Positions 8,210 through 16,531 of a stretch of DNA of 47,714 bases are shown piece after piece. Source of the stretch: a virus (lineage: Duplodnaviria > Heunggongvirae > Uroviricota > Caudoviricetes); the IMG/VR virus record IMGVR_UViG_3300028805_000039, positions 191,852-239,565 of that record; one strand, given 5' to 3'. The notes under the pieces were generated by a model, which did not search any database, had not been told where the DNA came from, and saw nothing but the letters and a program-made list of their open reading frames with translations. The position numbers and the translations under genes were made by a program. How positions within the stretch are numbered: the first letter of the stretch is position 1; every line of letters starts with the position of its first letter.

Positions 8210-9080
8210 GTAGCAGGAATGGAAATCCTGTATAAATCTTCAATATGATGTGTCAGGAAGTAGGGTTAGGAGCTCATCTTTTAAAGAGCGATTTGCGGCA
8301 GCTGGGCAAATCCTTGCGCGCAAGCGACACTGACCGGGTTAGGGATTTACCTTGAAAATCTAACAAGATTTTTTCTTGTTGTGAGCCATAAGGTTTTGGC
8401 TTGATATAAACCTAGTGAGGTTTTTACCTCACTTATAATATATCGTGGAAGGCAAAGTAAACGAGCCGCCGTTATAATATGGGTATTGATAAACACCGCA
8501 ACAGCAATTATTTATTTGCTTGGGGAGCCGGTGATAGTTGGTGTAAGTCCAGCCCACGATGCCAGCCCGATTGGGCGGCGTCAATGATAACTAGACGAAA
8601 AATGTTATCTATATCGTAGGTGGGTTTATTAAACTGGCGATGAAGTTGCTTACTGTGGCAGATACAAGGTAAGCCGTTTCCAAAGACGAAATGATGGTAT
8701 GTTGGATAGAATATATTAAATAATGATTATTATCGCAGCTGTCTCACTGTGCTATGTAAATGAAATTCCCTTCTCTTGGTTCTAACATTAGAACTCCAAC
8801 TAATAATGATGAGAAACACTAAATATTTATTTAGAAGTATGGACTAAGGTTGTGGGCAAAAATGATTTTTTATATGTAATTTATTTTCAGAGGGTTAGGC
8901 TATAAATGCGGGATATGATTTGGTGTAATCGCGGGTGCGCACACTAGATACTCTTTTTAGAGTTAGAAGACTTAGGCAAAAACCACCTAAGAATCATAGG
9001 TTCAAGTAGGGCAACCGGAGCTTGGAAAGTTATGAAAATAATTATAATATAGAAAATCATTTTTGTTTTAATAAAAAAAC
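8210..9080 (+). ncRNA. candidate large structured non-coding RNA (ORF-free, GC-enriched, many hairpins, flanked by tRNAs)
   Basis: No ORF >=60 aa on either strand for ~1.4 kb; local GC far above genome background; hairpins e.g. AGTGAGG/CCTCACT, GATAAC/GTTATC. Confidence 0.4.
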
Positions 9081-9086
9081 TTTTAT

Positions 9087-9115
9087 TTGAATTTTATAAA
9101 AAAATATCATATAAT
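9087..9115 (+). promoter_or_regulatory. sigma70-like promoter copy 6
   Basis: TTGAAT 9087-9092, TATAAT 9110-9115. Confidence 0.65.
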
Positions 9116-9154
9116 ATATATGTAAATTAAATAAAAAAAAGGAAATTTAAAAAA

Positions 9155-9427
9155 ATGATTGATTTTAATAATTTAAAGTCTTATAAAGATTATTCTAAAT
9201 TAACTGGTGATGATATTCTTGAATTTATGCAAGAATAGACTAGAGATGATATTGAAGAATTTAAAGAGTTTTGTAAACCTCATACTGAAACTGATGAAAA
9301 TGGAATAACTCATGAATATTAGCCTAGATTTTTTGAAATTCGTAATTGGGTTTTAGATAAATATTATCCAGGTTTAACTACTCCAAAAAAGAATATAAGT
9401 TTTATAGAGCGTATTATGGATTTATAA
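9155..9427 (+). CDS. hypothetical protein (90 aa) with 2 in-frame TAG (9233-9235, 9323-9325)
   Basis: RBS GGAAA.., ATG 9155, TAA 9425-9427; codon-by-codon check. Confidence 0.5.
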
Positions 9428-9447
9428 AAAATTTGATAATTTTTAAA

Positions 9448-9476
9448 TTGATTTTTTATAAAAAAAATGTTATAAT
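9448..9476 (+). promoter_or_regulatory. sigma70-like promoter copy 7
   Basis: TTGATT 9448-9453, TATAAT 9471-9476. Confidence 0.65.
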
Positions 9477-9527
9477 ATATATGTAAATTAAATAAAAAAT
9501 AATTTTTTAGAAAAGGAATTGAATGAA

Positions 9528-9872
9528 ATGAATTATCCCCTGAGTAAGTACCGTTTTTATGAAGCTGGTAATAAGACTATTGCTGTTAGTACTTATGCTG
9601 GTAGACCTGTTCGTGGTATTTCAATTTGCCATGAAAATGATGATTTTAGTCTTGAAACTGGTAAGCTACTCGCGGCAGCACGTTGTAATGAAAAGATTTC
9701 TGCCAAGCGAGTTGCTCGTGCTAATATGAAAGTACGACAGGCACAGGCTGATCTTGAGAAGGCCCAGAAGCACCTTGAAAATATGAAGGCTTATCTAAAT
9801 GATGCAGTTATTGCATATAATGATGCCGGAATTGAAACTGATAAGATTATTGAGTCTCTAAGGGCTAAGTGA
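9528..9872 (+). CDS. hypothetical protein
   Basis: ATG 9528 in frame with track ORF 9519..9872; RBS AAGGA. Confidence 0.5.
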   Translation: MNYPLSKYRFYEAGNKTIAVSTYAGRPVRGISICHENDDFSLETGKLLAAARCNEKISAKRVARANMKVRQAQADLEKAQKHLENMKAYLNDAVIAYNDAGIETDKIIESLRAK

Positions 9873-9878
9873 AAAAAA

Positions 9879-9907
9879 TGCGGATTGATAAAATTTTTCA
9901 ATCCGCA
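9879..9907 (+). terminator. hairpin (TGCGGATTG...CAATCCGCA) after CDS, no strong T-run
   Basis: 9-bp inverted repeat. Confidence 0.35.
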
Positions 9908-9915
9908 GAAAGTAT

Positions 9916-9990
9916 CCTCCCTTGGTGTAATGGTAGCACGGGTGGCTCTAACCCACCAGGCGTTGGTTCGATTCCGAACAGGGAGTGCCA
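9916..9990 (+). tRNA. suppressor tRNA, anticodon CTA (reads UAG); probably Gln-derived
   Basis: Anticodon stem GGTGG/CCACC with loop CTCTAAC (CTA at 9948-9950); D-arm GTG-TAATGGTAG-CAC; T-loop TTCGATT; 3' AGGGAGT-G-CCA resembles the phage tRNA-Gln(CTG) end; acceptor has a C1/T72 mismatch. Confidence 0.7.
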
Positions 9991-9995
9991 TTGGC

Positions 9996-10024
9996 TTGAC
10001 TTTTATTAAAAAATTTGATATAAT
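9996..10024 (+). promoter_or_regulatory. sigma70-like promoter copy 8 (TTGACT-17-TATAAT)
   Basis: TTGACT 9996-10001, TATAAT 10019-10024. Confidence 0.65.
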
Positions 10025-10039
10025 ATATATGTAAATATT

Positions 10040-10260
10040 GCGGATTGGTGCAAAAGTTAACACGTCGGTCTCTGGGGCTATGGTGTAAAAAACATACTTG
10101 GAAAGCAAGGGCCTTGAGAAGTTGGGGCAGTACCAACTAGCTCCACCAAAAACCGAAGAACAGGGGGCGGTACCCTGATCCGCTGCCAACACGATAACAA
10201 ATAAGTGTATAAACGGATATGTGGCTGACGAACCTACTGTCATCTCCCTTCCTATGGTGA
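10040..10260 (+). ncRNA. GC-rich untranslated leader / candidate small RNA downstream of promoter 8
   Basis: ~220 nt without ORF; contains tRNA-like fragments (GGTGTAAA, ...GCTGCCA). Confidence 0.25.
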
Positions 10261-10366
10261 TAAAAAATGTTAAATTAGAATTTAATTTTTGAATTAATTT
10301 TTGCTTTTCCTGTGGTATTGTTTATTATAATATATATTTTTGGAAGCTTTAAGGAATGATATTCAG

Positions 10367-10465
10367 ATGTTAGAAATATTAGATTGGATTTTAATTTTTG
10401 GATTAACTTTTATACTTCCTATTGGATTATTCGTTATATTTGTTTTTAAAAATTTTAAGGAATGA
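10367..10465 (+). CDS. small hydrophobic peptide (32 aa)
   Basis: RBS AAGGAA, MLEILDWILIFGLTFILPIGLFVIFVFKNFKE. Confidence 0.4.
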   Translation: MLEILDWILIFGLTFILPIGLFVIFVFKNFKE

Positions 10466-10470
10466 TTTTT

Positions 10471-10818
10471 ATGTATAGAAAAAGAGCTTGGAGAAGATAT
10501 AAAAATTATATAAAAGCCAAAAGAAAAAGAGATATTGATTTAAATGATCGAATGTGGTGGGATTATTCAATTTATAATAATCCTATTAAACCTAGTTATT
10601 ATTCTCCAAATAGTAAGCCTAAATTTGGAATGTATGATAATCTTCACCAGTACAGTAAAAATAAAATTCATTGTAGTTGTCCTTGGTGTTCTCCACGCAC
10701 TCGTAATAAGGGGCGGCATAGAAATAAAAAGAATTATGCTCCATCTATTAATTATGGAATAATGGATAAACGAAGACAAATGGCAATGGATGATGATGAA
10801 AAAGAATTTTTTAATTGA
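10471..10818 (+). CDS. basic Cys-containing protein (CSCPWCSPR), hypothetical
   Basis: RBS AAGGAA, ATG 10471, TGA 10816-10818. Confidence 0.5.
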   Translation: MYRKRAWRRYKNYIKAKRKRDIDLNDRMWWDYSIYNNPIKPSYYSPNSKPKFGMYDNLHQYSKNKIHCSCPWCSPRTRNKGRHRNKKNYAPSINYGIMDKRRQMAMDDDEKEFFN

Positions 10819-10843
10819 AAATTTTAAAAAAATATTATATAAT
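10815..10843 (+). promoter_or_regulatory. sigma70-like promoter copy 9
   Basis: TTGAAA 10815-10820, TATAAT 10838-10843. Confidence 0.7.
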
Positions 10844-10861
10844 ATTTATAGAAAATAAAAA

Positions 10862-10950
10862 AAGACACGTTCAGCAAGTTATTTATAAATCGACACTTTT
10901 AATAGAAAATTTGATTTAATAGAAAATTTGATTTGTTTTCAAGTGTCTTG
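10862..10950 (+). ncRNA. structured 5' leader element, AAGACAC..CAGCAA family (terminal helix AAGACAC/GTGTCTT, internal 17-nt direct repeat)
   Basis: Lies between promoter 9 and ATG 10962. Confidence 0.3.
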
Positions 10951-10961
10951 AAAGGATATAT

Positions 10962-11231
10962 ATGAAATATGTACATTTTTCTGGTAGCAATGGTTATTGT
11001 GGAACTGATTATGATGAATATGTAATGTTTGATGACGATTGCCCTGAAAATGAAATTGATAATTATTCTACTGAATTAGCATATCAATGTGCTGAATCTT
11101 ATGAATATTTAGAAACTGGTTGGTATGATGATTTCGAAGATGAAGACGATCGTGAAGCATATTATGAAAATGCTTTAAGTTATTGTAGTTGGAATTATTG
11201 TTCTAAAGAAGAATATTTAAGAGGTTTTTGA
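10962..11231 (+). CDS. acidic hypothetical protein (89 aa)
   Basis: ORF, RBS GAAAGGA. Confidence 0.5.
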   Translation: MKYVHFSGSNGYCGTDYDEYVMFDDDCPENEIDNYSTELAYQCAESYEYLETGWYDDFEDEDDREAYYENALSYCSWNYCSKEEYLRGF

Positions 11232-11244
11232 TAAAATAAAATAT

Positions 11245-11356
11245 AGACAGATACAGCAACTTCTTTTTAAAAAGAATTTTAGCATAATGGTAATGCATTT
11301 GACTTGTTAATCAAAATATACGGTTCAAATCCGTGATAACTCTTTTAATCTGTCTA
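11245..11356 (+). ncRNA. tRNA-like structured RNA (terminal 8-bp helix AGACAGAT/ATCTGTCT, D-arm-like AGCATAATGGTAATGC, T-arm TACGG-TTCAAAT-CCGTG); YrlA/Y-RNA-like candidate
   Basis: Not a canonical tRNA (T-arm not adjacent to terminal helix); shares ACAGCAAC motif. Confidence 0.35.
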
Positions 11357-11365
11357 GTTAATATG

Positions 11366-11827
11366 CGGGCGTGGTGGAATAGGTAGACACCAGGGACTTT
11401 AGAGTATAAAGATACAAAGAGCATTAAGGTAGGAAACTCCTTAGATGAATGTTGGCTAATTCGGTGAAAGTCTTACTGAGACAACGCCGAGCTAAATTAA
11501 ATAATGATTTACTATCAATAAATTGAGTAGAGGTCCATATGATAGTAGTGGATAAATAAACAGCCTTTATTCAAGATCATTATTTATAAATGTGTAGAGA
11601 CTATATACTAACCACCTAAACAGAAATGCATGGTGAAAACATAGTCCAGACTACAACATTAAATAATAATCCTCTATCAGTAAATTGAATAGAGACCCAT
11701 ATGATAGTAGTGGGAATCTGCAAAGACTTTATTCAAGATTATTATTTAATGGCTATGGTGACATAGAGTAGTAGGAAAATCCCTTGGTCGAAAGACCGTG
11801 CGAGTTCAAATCTCGCCGCCCGCACCA
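11366..11827 (+). tRNA. tRNA-Leu (anticodon TAA), class II, with ~375-nt group-I-like intron (11401-11775) between U34 and A35
   Basis: 5' exon GCGGGCG-T-GGTG..CACC-AGGGA-CTT; 3' exon AAAA-TCCCT-long variable arm-GCGAG-TTCAAAT-CTCGC-CGCCCGC-A-CCA; intron follows U and ends in G; intron contains GACUA / UAGUCC P7-like pair. Confidence 0.6.
11401..11775 (+). mobile_element. group I-like intron in tRNA-Leu(UAA) anticodon loop (contains two ~95-nt internally duplicated segments)
   Basis: Insertion site identical to the classic cyanobacterial tRNA-Leu intron. Confidence 0.5.
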
Positions 11828-11953
11828 ATATGTTTCTAAATGGCACAATTTGTTGCCAAATTAGAGCCTTTTATTTCTAGTCCGGTTCTAATAGTTTTAC
11901 TCCTTTCCTTTCTGTTTTCTGTGGTCTTTAAAATATAAAGACCACACTTTTAT

Positions 11954-12030
11954 GCGGGTGTAGCTGAGTTGGTTCAAGCACCTGACTTTTAATCAGGGGA
12001 CCGTGGGTTCAAATCCCGCCACCCGCACCA
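11954..12030 (+). tRNA. tRNA-Lys (anticodon TTT)
   Basis: GCGGGTG/CACCCGC, anticodon stem CCTGA/TCAGG loop CTTTTAA, T-arm GTGGG-TTCAAAT-CCCGC, A73+CCA. Confidence 0.8.
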
Positions 12031-12046
12031 TTATAAAAAATTAAGG

Positions 12047-12526
12047 ATGAATAAAATGAAGTTAAGAGAACCTACAAAAGACGACATAGAAAAAGCAGTT
12101 GAATATTTTAAAGAAGTGCAAAAAATTCATACTGATGATAGTTATCGAGATTGGCTTTTATCTTGGGATTTTTCAAAATCAGGGTATGAATCTATTTATG
12201 ATGATGATATTCAATATAGCAAAATCTTAACAGAAGATGAAATTAATAAATTTCTTTTAATTAGTGAATATGAAGCTGATATAACTTGGAGGAATCCTGA
12301 TTATAAAAGTGAATATACTTATGAAGATAAAGATGCTTATTTCCCAACAGTAGTTAATTTGCTTTGTGCCAATGGAGTTTGGTATGAACTTTCTACTATG
12401 TGGGGACAAGGTGCGAGAACAGAATTTTTCCCTATAAAAGATTTTAAGAATTGGGAATATAGAGATAAAGTAAAATATTATTATAATATGATAAAAAAAG
12501 AATGGTATTGTTTAGTTAGAAAATAA
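12047..12526 (+). CDS. hypothetical protein (159 aa)
   Basis: ORF with RBS AAGGA. Confidence 0.5.
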   Translation: MNKMKLREPTKDDIEKAVEYFKEVQKIHTDDSYRDWLLSWDFSKSGYESIYDDDIQYSKILTEDEINKFLLISEYEADITWRNPDYKSEYTYEDKDAYFPTVVNLLCANGVWYELSTMWGQGARTEFFPIKDFKNWEYRDKVKYYYNMIKKEWYCLVRK

Positions 12527-12532
12527 TATTAT

Positions 12533-12561
12533 TTGATTTTTTTTAAAAAATTTGATATAAT
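12533..12561 (+). promoter_or_regulatory. sigma70-like promoter copy 10
   Basis: TTGATT 12533-12538, TATAAT 12556-12561. Confidence 0.65.
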
Positions 12562-12644
12562 ATATATATAAAGTTAAGAAATAAATAAAAAATAAATTTT
12601 CCTCTTGTCCAAGAGGAAACAATGTGAAAAAGGAGAAATAAAAT

Positions 12645-14144
12645 ATGTCTAATTCTTTTATGAATGGTTTGCAGAATGCCACTAATTATGGCTATACTAC
12701 TAATGGTGCTCTTAGTCATAAGACCACTGGTAATGATTTGCTCGATATGTTCGCTCAGGCTGGCGCTTACCGTAGACGCACTGATAATGATTGCATTCTT
12801 CTTTTTAAGAATGCCTATATCGAGAATTCTAAGTATGCTCTTAAGTGTCTCTTCTATATGAGAGATATTCGTGGCGGTCAGGGAGAGCGTCGTTTCTTCC
12901 GTGTATGCTACAAGTGGCTGATTAGTTATGACAAGGCTGCGGCTAAGCGTAATCTTCAGTATATGAGCGAGTATGGTCGCTGGGATGATTTGCTTTATAT
13001 CTGTCAGGGCACTTCTCTTTGGAATGATGCAATGCAGATTGTTCGTTCTCAGCTTATGCTGGATATGGATAGTTGCAATCACAGCGATAAGACCGGTATT
13101 AGTTTGCTGGCTAAGTGGATGCCTAGTGAGAACACTTCTAGTGCTGTAACTAGAACTTTGGCTCATGAGGTTCGTACTGCTCTTGGTTTTAATCATCGTC
13201 AGTATCGTAAGACTCTTTCTGTGCTTCGTGATCGTTTGAACGTTCTTGAACGTTTAATGAGCGCTGGTCGTTGGGATGAAATCGAGTTCGATAAGATTCC
13301 TTCTAAGGCTGGTATGAAGTATAAGAATGCTTTTGCTCGTAGAGACATGATTGCTCAGAAGTATGAAAAGTTCGCTAAGGACGAAAATACTACTGTTAAT
13401 GCAAAGGCTCTCTATCCTTACGAAGTTGTTGAGCAGGCTCGCGCTTGCCGCGGAGCAGTTGACCGTGCTATGATTAATAAGTATTGGGATAATCTTGAAG
13501 ATTATTTCAATGGGGCTACTTTGGATGCTCTTTGCGTCATTGATACTTCTGGTTCTATGACTTGGGGCAGCAATCGTCCTTATCCTATTGATGTAGCAAT
13601 TTCTCTTGGCCTTTATTGTGCTGAAAGAGCCCGCGGTCCTTTCGCTGGGAATTACGTTTCCTTCTCTTCTCGTCCTCAGTTGATTCGTACTGAAGGTATT
13701 GATTTTGTTGATAAGGTATACCGTATCTATCGTACTAATCTTTGCCAGAATACGAACATTGAAGCTACTTTCGATTTGCTTCTTGATACTGCGATTCGTA
13801 ATCGTTGTAAGCAGGAAGATCTTCCTAAGTCTTTGATTGTTATTTCTGATATGCAGTTCGACCAGGCTCGCGGTGCTTATTACGGTGATCGTAGTTATGG
13901 TGTTAGAACTCTTATGGAAAGAATTGAAGGAAAGTGGAACCAGGCTGGATATAAGATGCCTAATCTTGTATTCTGGAATGTAAATGCTACTGCTAATCCT
14001 AATATGCCAATGGAAATGAAGGATGGCGTGTCTTACGTTTCTGGTTGCTCTCCTGTAATTTTCAAGCAGATTCTTACTGGGAAGACTGCGTTCGACCTTA
14101 TGTATGAAGTGCTTGATGCTGAGCGTTATACCGTTATCGGTTAA
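12645..14144 (+). CDS. vWA-domain protein with Ro60/TROVE-like N-terminal region (Rsr-like; or DUF2828-type)
   Basis: MIDAS DTSGSM, ..YVSFSS.., ..LIVISDMQF..; N-terminus TNGALSHKTTGNDLLDMFAQAG resembles Ro60 'NAGG..vsde.rL.rFl.lG'; no TAG. Confidence 0.5.
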   Translation: MSNSFMNGLQNATNYGYTTNGALSHKTTGNDLLDMFAQAGAYRRRTDNDCILLFKNAYIENSKYALKCLFYMRDIRGGQGERRFFRVCYKWLISYDKAAAKRNLQYMSEYGRWDDLLYICQGTSLWNDAMQIVRSQLMLDMDSCNHSDKTGISLLAKWMPSENTSSAVTRTLAHEVRTALGFNHRQYRKTLSVLRDRLNVLERLMSAGRWDEIEFDKIPSKAGMKYKNAFARRDMIAQKYEKFAKDENTTVNAKALYPYEVVEQARACRGAVDRAMINKYWDNLEDYFNGATLDALCVIDTSGSMTWGSNRPYPIDVAISLGLYCAERARGPFAGNYVSFSSRPQLIRTEGIDFVDKVYRIYRTNLCQNTNIEATFDLLLDTAIRNRCKQEDLPKSLIVISDMQFDQARGAYYGDRSYGVRTLMERIEGKWNQAGYKMPNLVFWNVNATANPNMPMEMKDGVSYVSGCSPVIFKQILTGKTAFDLMYEVLDAERYTVIG

Positions 14145-14149
14145 AAATA

Positions 14150-14190
14150 AAAATACCTGCTACTAAAAATAGCAGGTATTTTTTTTATTT
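14150..14190 (+). terminator. rho-independent terminator
   Basis: ATACCTGCTA...TAGCAGGTAT + T8. Confidence 0.8.
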
Positions 14191-14278
14191 ATGATCGCGT
14201 GGTTTGCCCCGGCCGGAAGCAATAGGCAATACCGCACCCCAAAATAAAAATTGGTTTAGAATTTTTTAGTCAAATATA

Positions 14279-14307
14279 TTGACTTTTCTAAAAAAATATA
14301 TTATAAT
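14279..14307 (+). promoter_or_regulatory. sigma70-like promoter copy 11 (TTGACT-17-TATAAT)
   Basis: TTGACT 14279-14284, TATAAT 14302-14307. Confidence 0.65.
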
Positions 14308-14336
14308 ATAAAAAAGAAATAGAAAGGAGATCCTAA

Positions 14337-14831
14337 ATGTCAATTAGAGGAACTTTTGCTAGTATAGATGATTTAAAAATTATAGATAATCCAACAATAG
14401 ATGATGTTGCTATTGTTGGAAATTAGATGTATCAATATAAAGATGGATGGCAACCAATAGATACAACAGATAAAAAATTTGATATTGGATTAACTGAATA
14501 TTAGTTAAATCAAATGGTAGTTAAACAATTACCTGATTATACTAATTTATATAAAGCAAAAAAAATTATTAGAGATTTTACTCATAAACAAGGGCAAGTA
14601 TTTATGCTACTTTGTCATGAATTACGATATTATACAGTTTTATATTTAGAAAAAGAAGGTTATGATAAAATTGAAGATATTGTAATTGAGTGTTTAAAGG
14701 GTATGGGAACTATTAAAGATATTAGCAAAGAGGATGGAGCAATTGGATGTTGGGTTTTAACTCCAGAAGATGATGAAGCTCATATGTTCTTTTTGTTTAA
14801 TTATGATGGAGGATTTGAAAGATGCGTATAA
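14337..14831 (+). CDS. hypothetical protein (164 aa) with 2 in-frame TAG (14424-14426, 14502-14504)
   Basis: RBS AGGAG, ATG 14337; frame continuous with track ORF 14514..14831. Confidence 0.55.
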
Positions 14832-15091
14832 TGTATTGTTATATTGAACCATGGGTAGTCAATCAAAATATTTATTTAATGAATGATGGAATCGAACCTG
14901 TGGTTACAGATAAAATTAATTTAGAAGATTTACCTATTTATTTAACAAATGCTTATAAAGAAAAAAAATGTGATAAAATTATTCTTCATGGCAGTGTTAA
15001 AGGAATCACAAACCAATGCGCCGAAGATGTTATTAATTATGGACTAACAAATTATGGATTAAATAATATGAATATAGAGGTAATAAAATAA
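14822..15091 (+). CDS. hypothetical protein
   Basis: track ORF, overlapping start. Confidence 0.45.
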   Translation: MRIMYCYIEPWVVNQNIYLMNDGIEPVVTDKINLEDLPIYLTNAYKEKKCDKIILHGSVKGITNQCAEDVINYGLTNYGLNNMNIEVIK

Positions 15092-15336
15092 TGACAAAAT
15101 ATTTACTTAATGCAACAAACACTTATAGAGTTCATACTGTCGCAGAAGTTGAACAACTTCATGACTTACTTAAACATGATACAAATTTTGAACTTACTGC
15201 TTTTAGTTATACTACAAAAGATATTAAAGTTAAAGGTGAAGTTATTGACCAATATCAAGTTGTAAAAGCTAAAATTGTATTTACAAATGAAAAAGAACCA
15301 GAAGTTGAGTTCCAGGAGGAATATCATGAGGTTTGA
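15091..15336 (+). CDS. hypothetical protein
   Basis: track ORF. Confidence 0.45.
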   Translation: MTKYLLNATNTYRVHTVAEVEQLHDLLKHDTNFELTAFSYTTKDIKVKGEVIDQYQVVKAKIVFTNEKEPEVEFQEEYHEV

Positions 15337-15943
15337 AAGAGTATAGGCTTATCCTGATGCTATTCTTCCAACTCGTGGAACTGAAAAAGCTGGGGGTTAT
15401 GATTTATATGCCGCAGAAGATACTGTAATTCTTAGTTATCAAGAAATCATTGATGAACTTAAAATAGCTTATAATTACTCTCTTAGAAATAAGAATACTA
15501 TAGGAATTGATTGGGAATAGAACATTCTTCCACAAATTCTTAAAAATTGTTCCTTCGATTGTCGTCCAACATTAGTTCCTACTGGAGTAAAAATCTATTT
15601 AGATAAAGATAAAACCTTTGATATCCAAGCTCGTTCGTCTCTACCTAGAAAAAATTGGTTAATCGTGGCAAATGCTCCTGGACTTATTGATGCTGATTAT
15701 GTTGATAATCCAGATAATGAAGGACATATTTTTGTTCAATTAATTAATCTTGCTCCTTTCCCATTTACTATTAAAAAAGGTGAAAAATTTGCCCAAGGAG
15801 TTATTCGTCAATATTTTACTGTAGATAATGATAGCCATGGCGGCGAAAGAATGGGTGGCTTTGGGAGCACTGATAAAATTTTTACAAAAGAAGAATTTGC
15901 TCCTAATCTCTTTGGCAATGGGACTAGTTTTTCATATACTTAA
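15326..15943 (+). CDS. dut: dUTP diphosphatase (dUTPase) with 2 in-frame TAG (15344-15346, 15518-15520)
   Basis: RBS CAGGAGGA + ATG 15326; motifs PTRGTEKAGGYDL, RSSL, GLIDADY, RMGGFGSTD; frame continuous with track ORF 15665..15943. Confidence 0.8.
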
Positions 15944-15961
15944 ATAGGATATTGGAGTTTT

Positions 15962-16453
15962 ATGAGATTACTCGCATTAGACTAGGCTTCACGAACTACG
16001 GGTTGGGCAATCTTTGATGATGAAGAATTAGTTAATAGTGGAACTTTTACTTTGAAATCTGATGATATTGGAGAACGACTTGTCGATTATAAAAAGCATG
16101 TAGAAAAATTGATTTGTGATAATGATATAGAAGAAGTTGCTTTTGAAGATATTCAAATGTAGAATCAAATAAATAATGTTTAGACTTTTAAAGTTTTAGC
16201 AGAAATATTTGGGGTTACACAAGAATATTTAGTAGAACAAGGTCATTCATATCATGTAGTGAGTTCTAATACTTGGAAATCACAATTAAATATAAAAGGT
16301 AAGCAAAGAGCAGAATAGAAAAAAAATGCTTAGGCTTATGTGTTAGAACATTATAATAAAAAAGTATCTTAGGATGAATCTGATGCTATTTGTATTGGTT
16401 CATGTGTAGTATTACAAAATAAAAAGAAAAAGGCTGACTTCAATTGGGGTTGA
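15962..16453 (+). CDS. RuvC-family Holliday junction resolvase (phage type) with 6 in-frame TAG
   Basis: MRLLALD*ASRTTGWAIF.., ..EVAFEDIQ.., ..DESDAICIG..; TAG at 15983, 16160, 16181, 16316, 16331, 16370; ends TGA 16451-16453; verified codon by codon. Confidence 0.65.
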
Positions 16454-16531
16454 GGGCAGCCTTTTGTAATATTCTTATTAGTTTTTTCTTTTATTATGAA
16501 AGAAAGCTAAGAAAGGAAGAGAGAACCATAT

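Noticed and set aside
8210-9080. Assigning the large ORF-free region to RNase P RNA, tmRNA or rRNA
   Set aside because: I could not find the diagnostic conserved blocks (RNase P P4 / GGAAAGUCCGG, tmRNA tag reading frame and 3' tRNA-like end) by eye. It is left as an unspecified structured ncRNA candidate.
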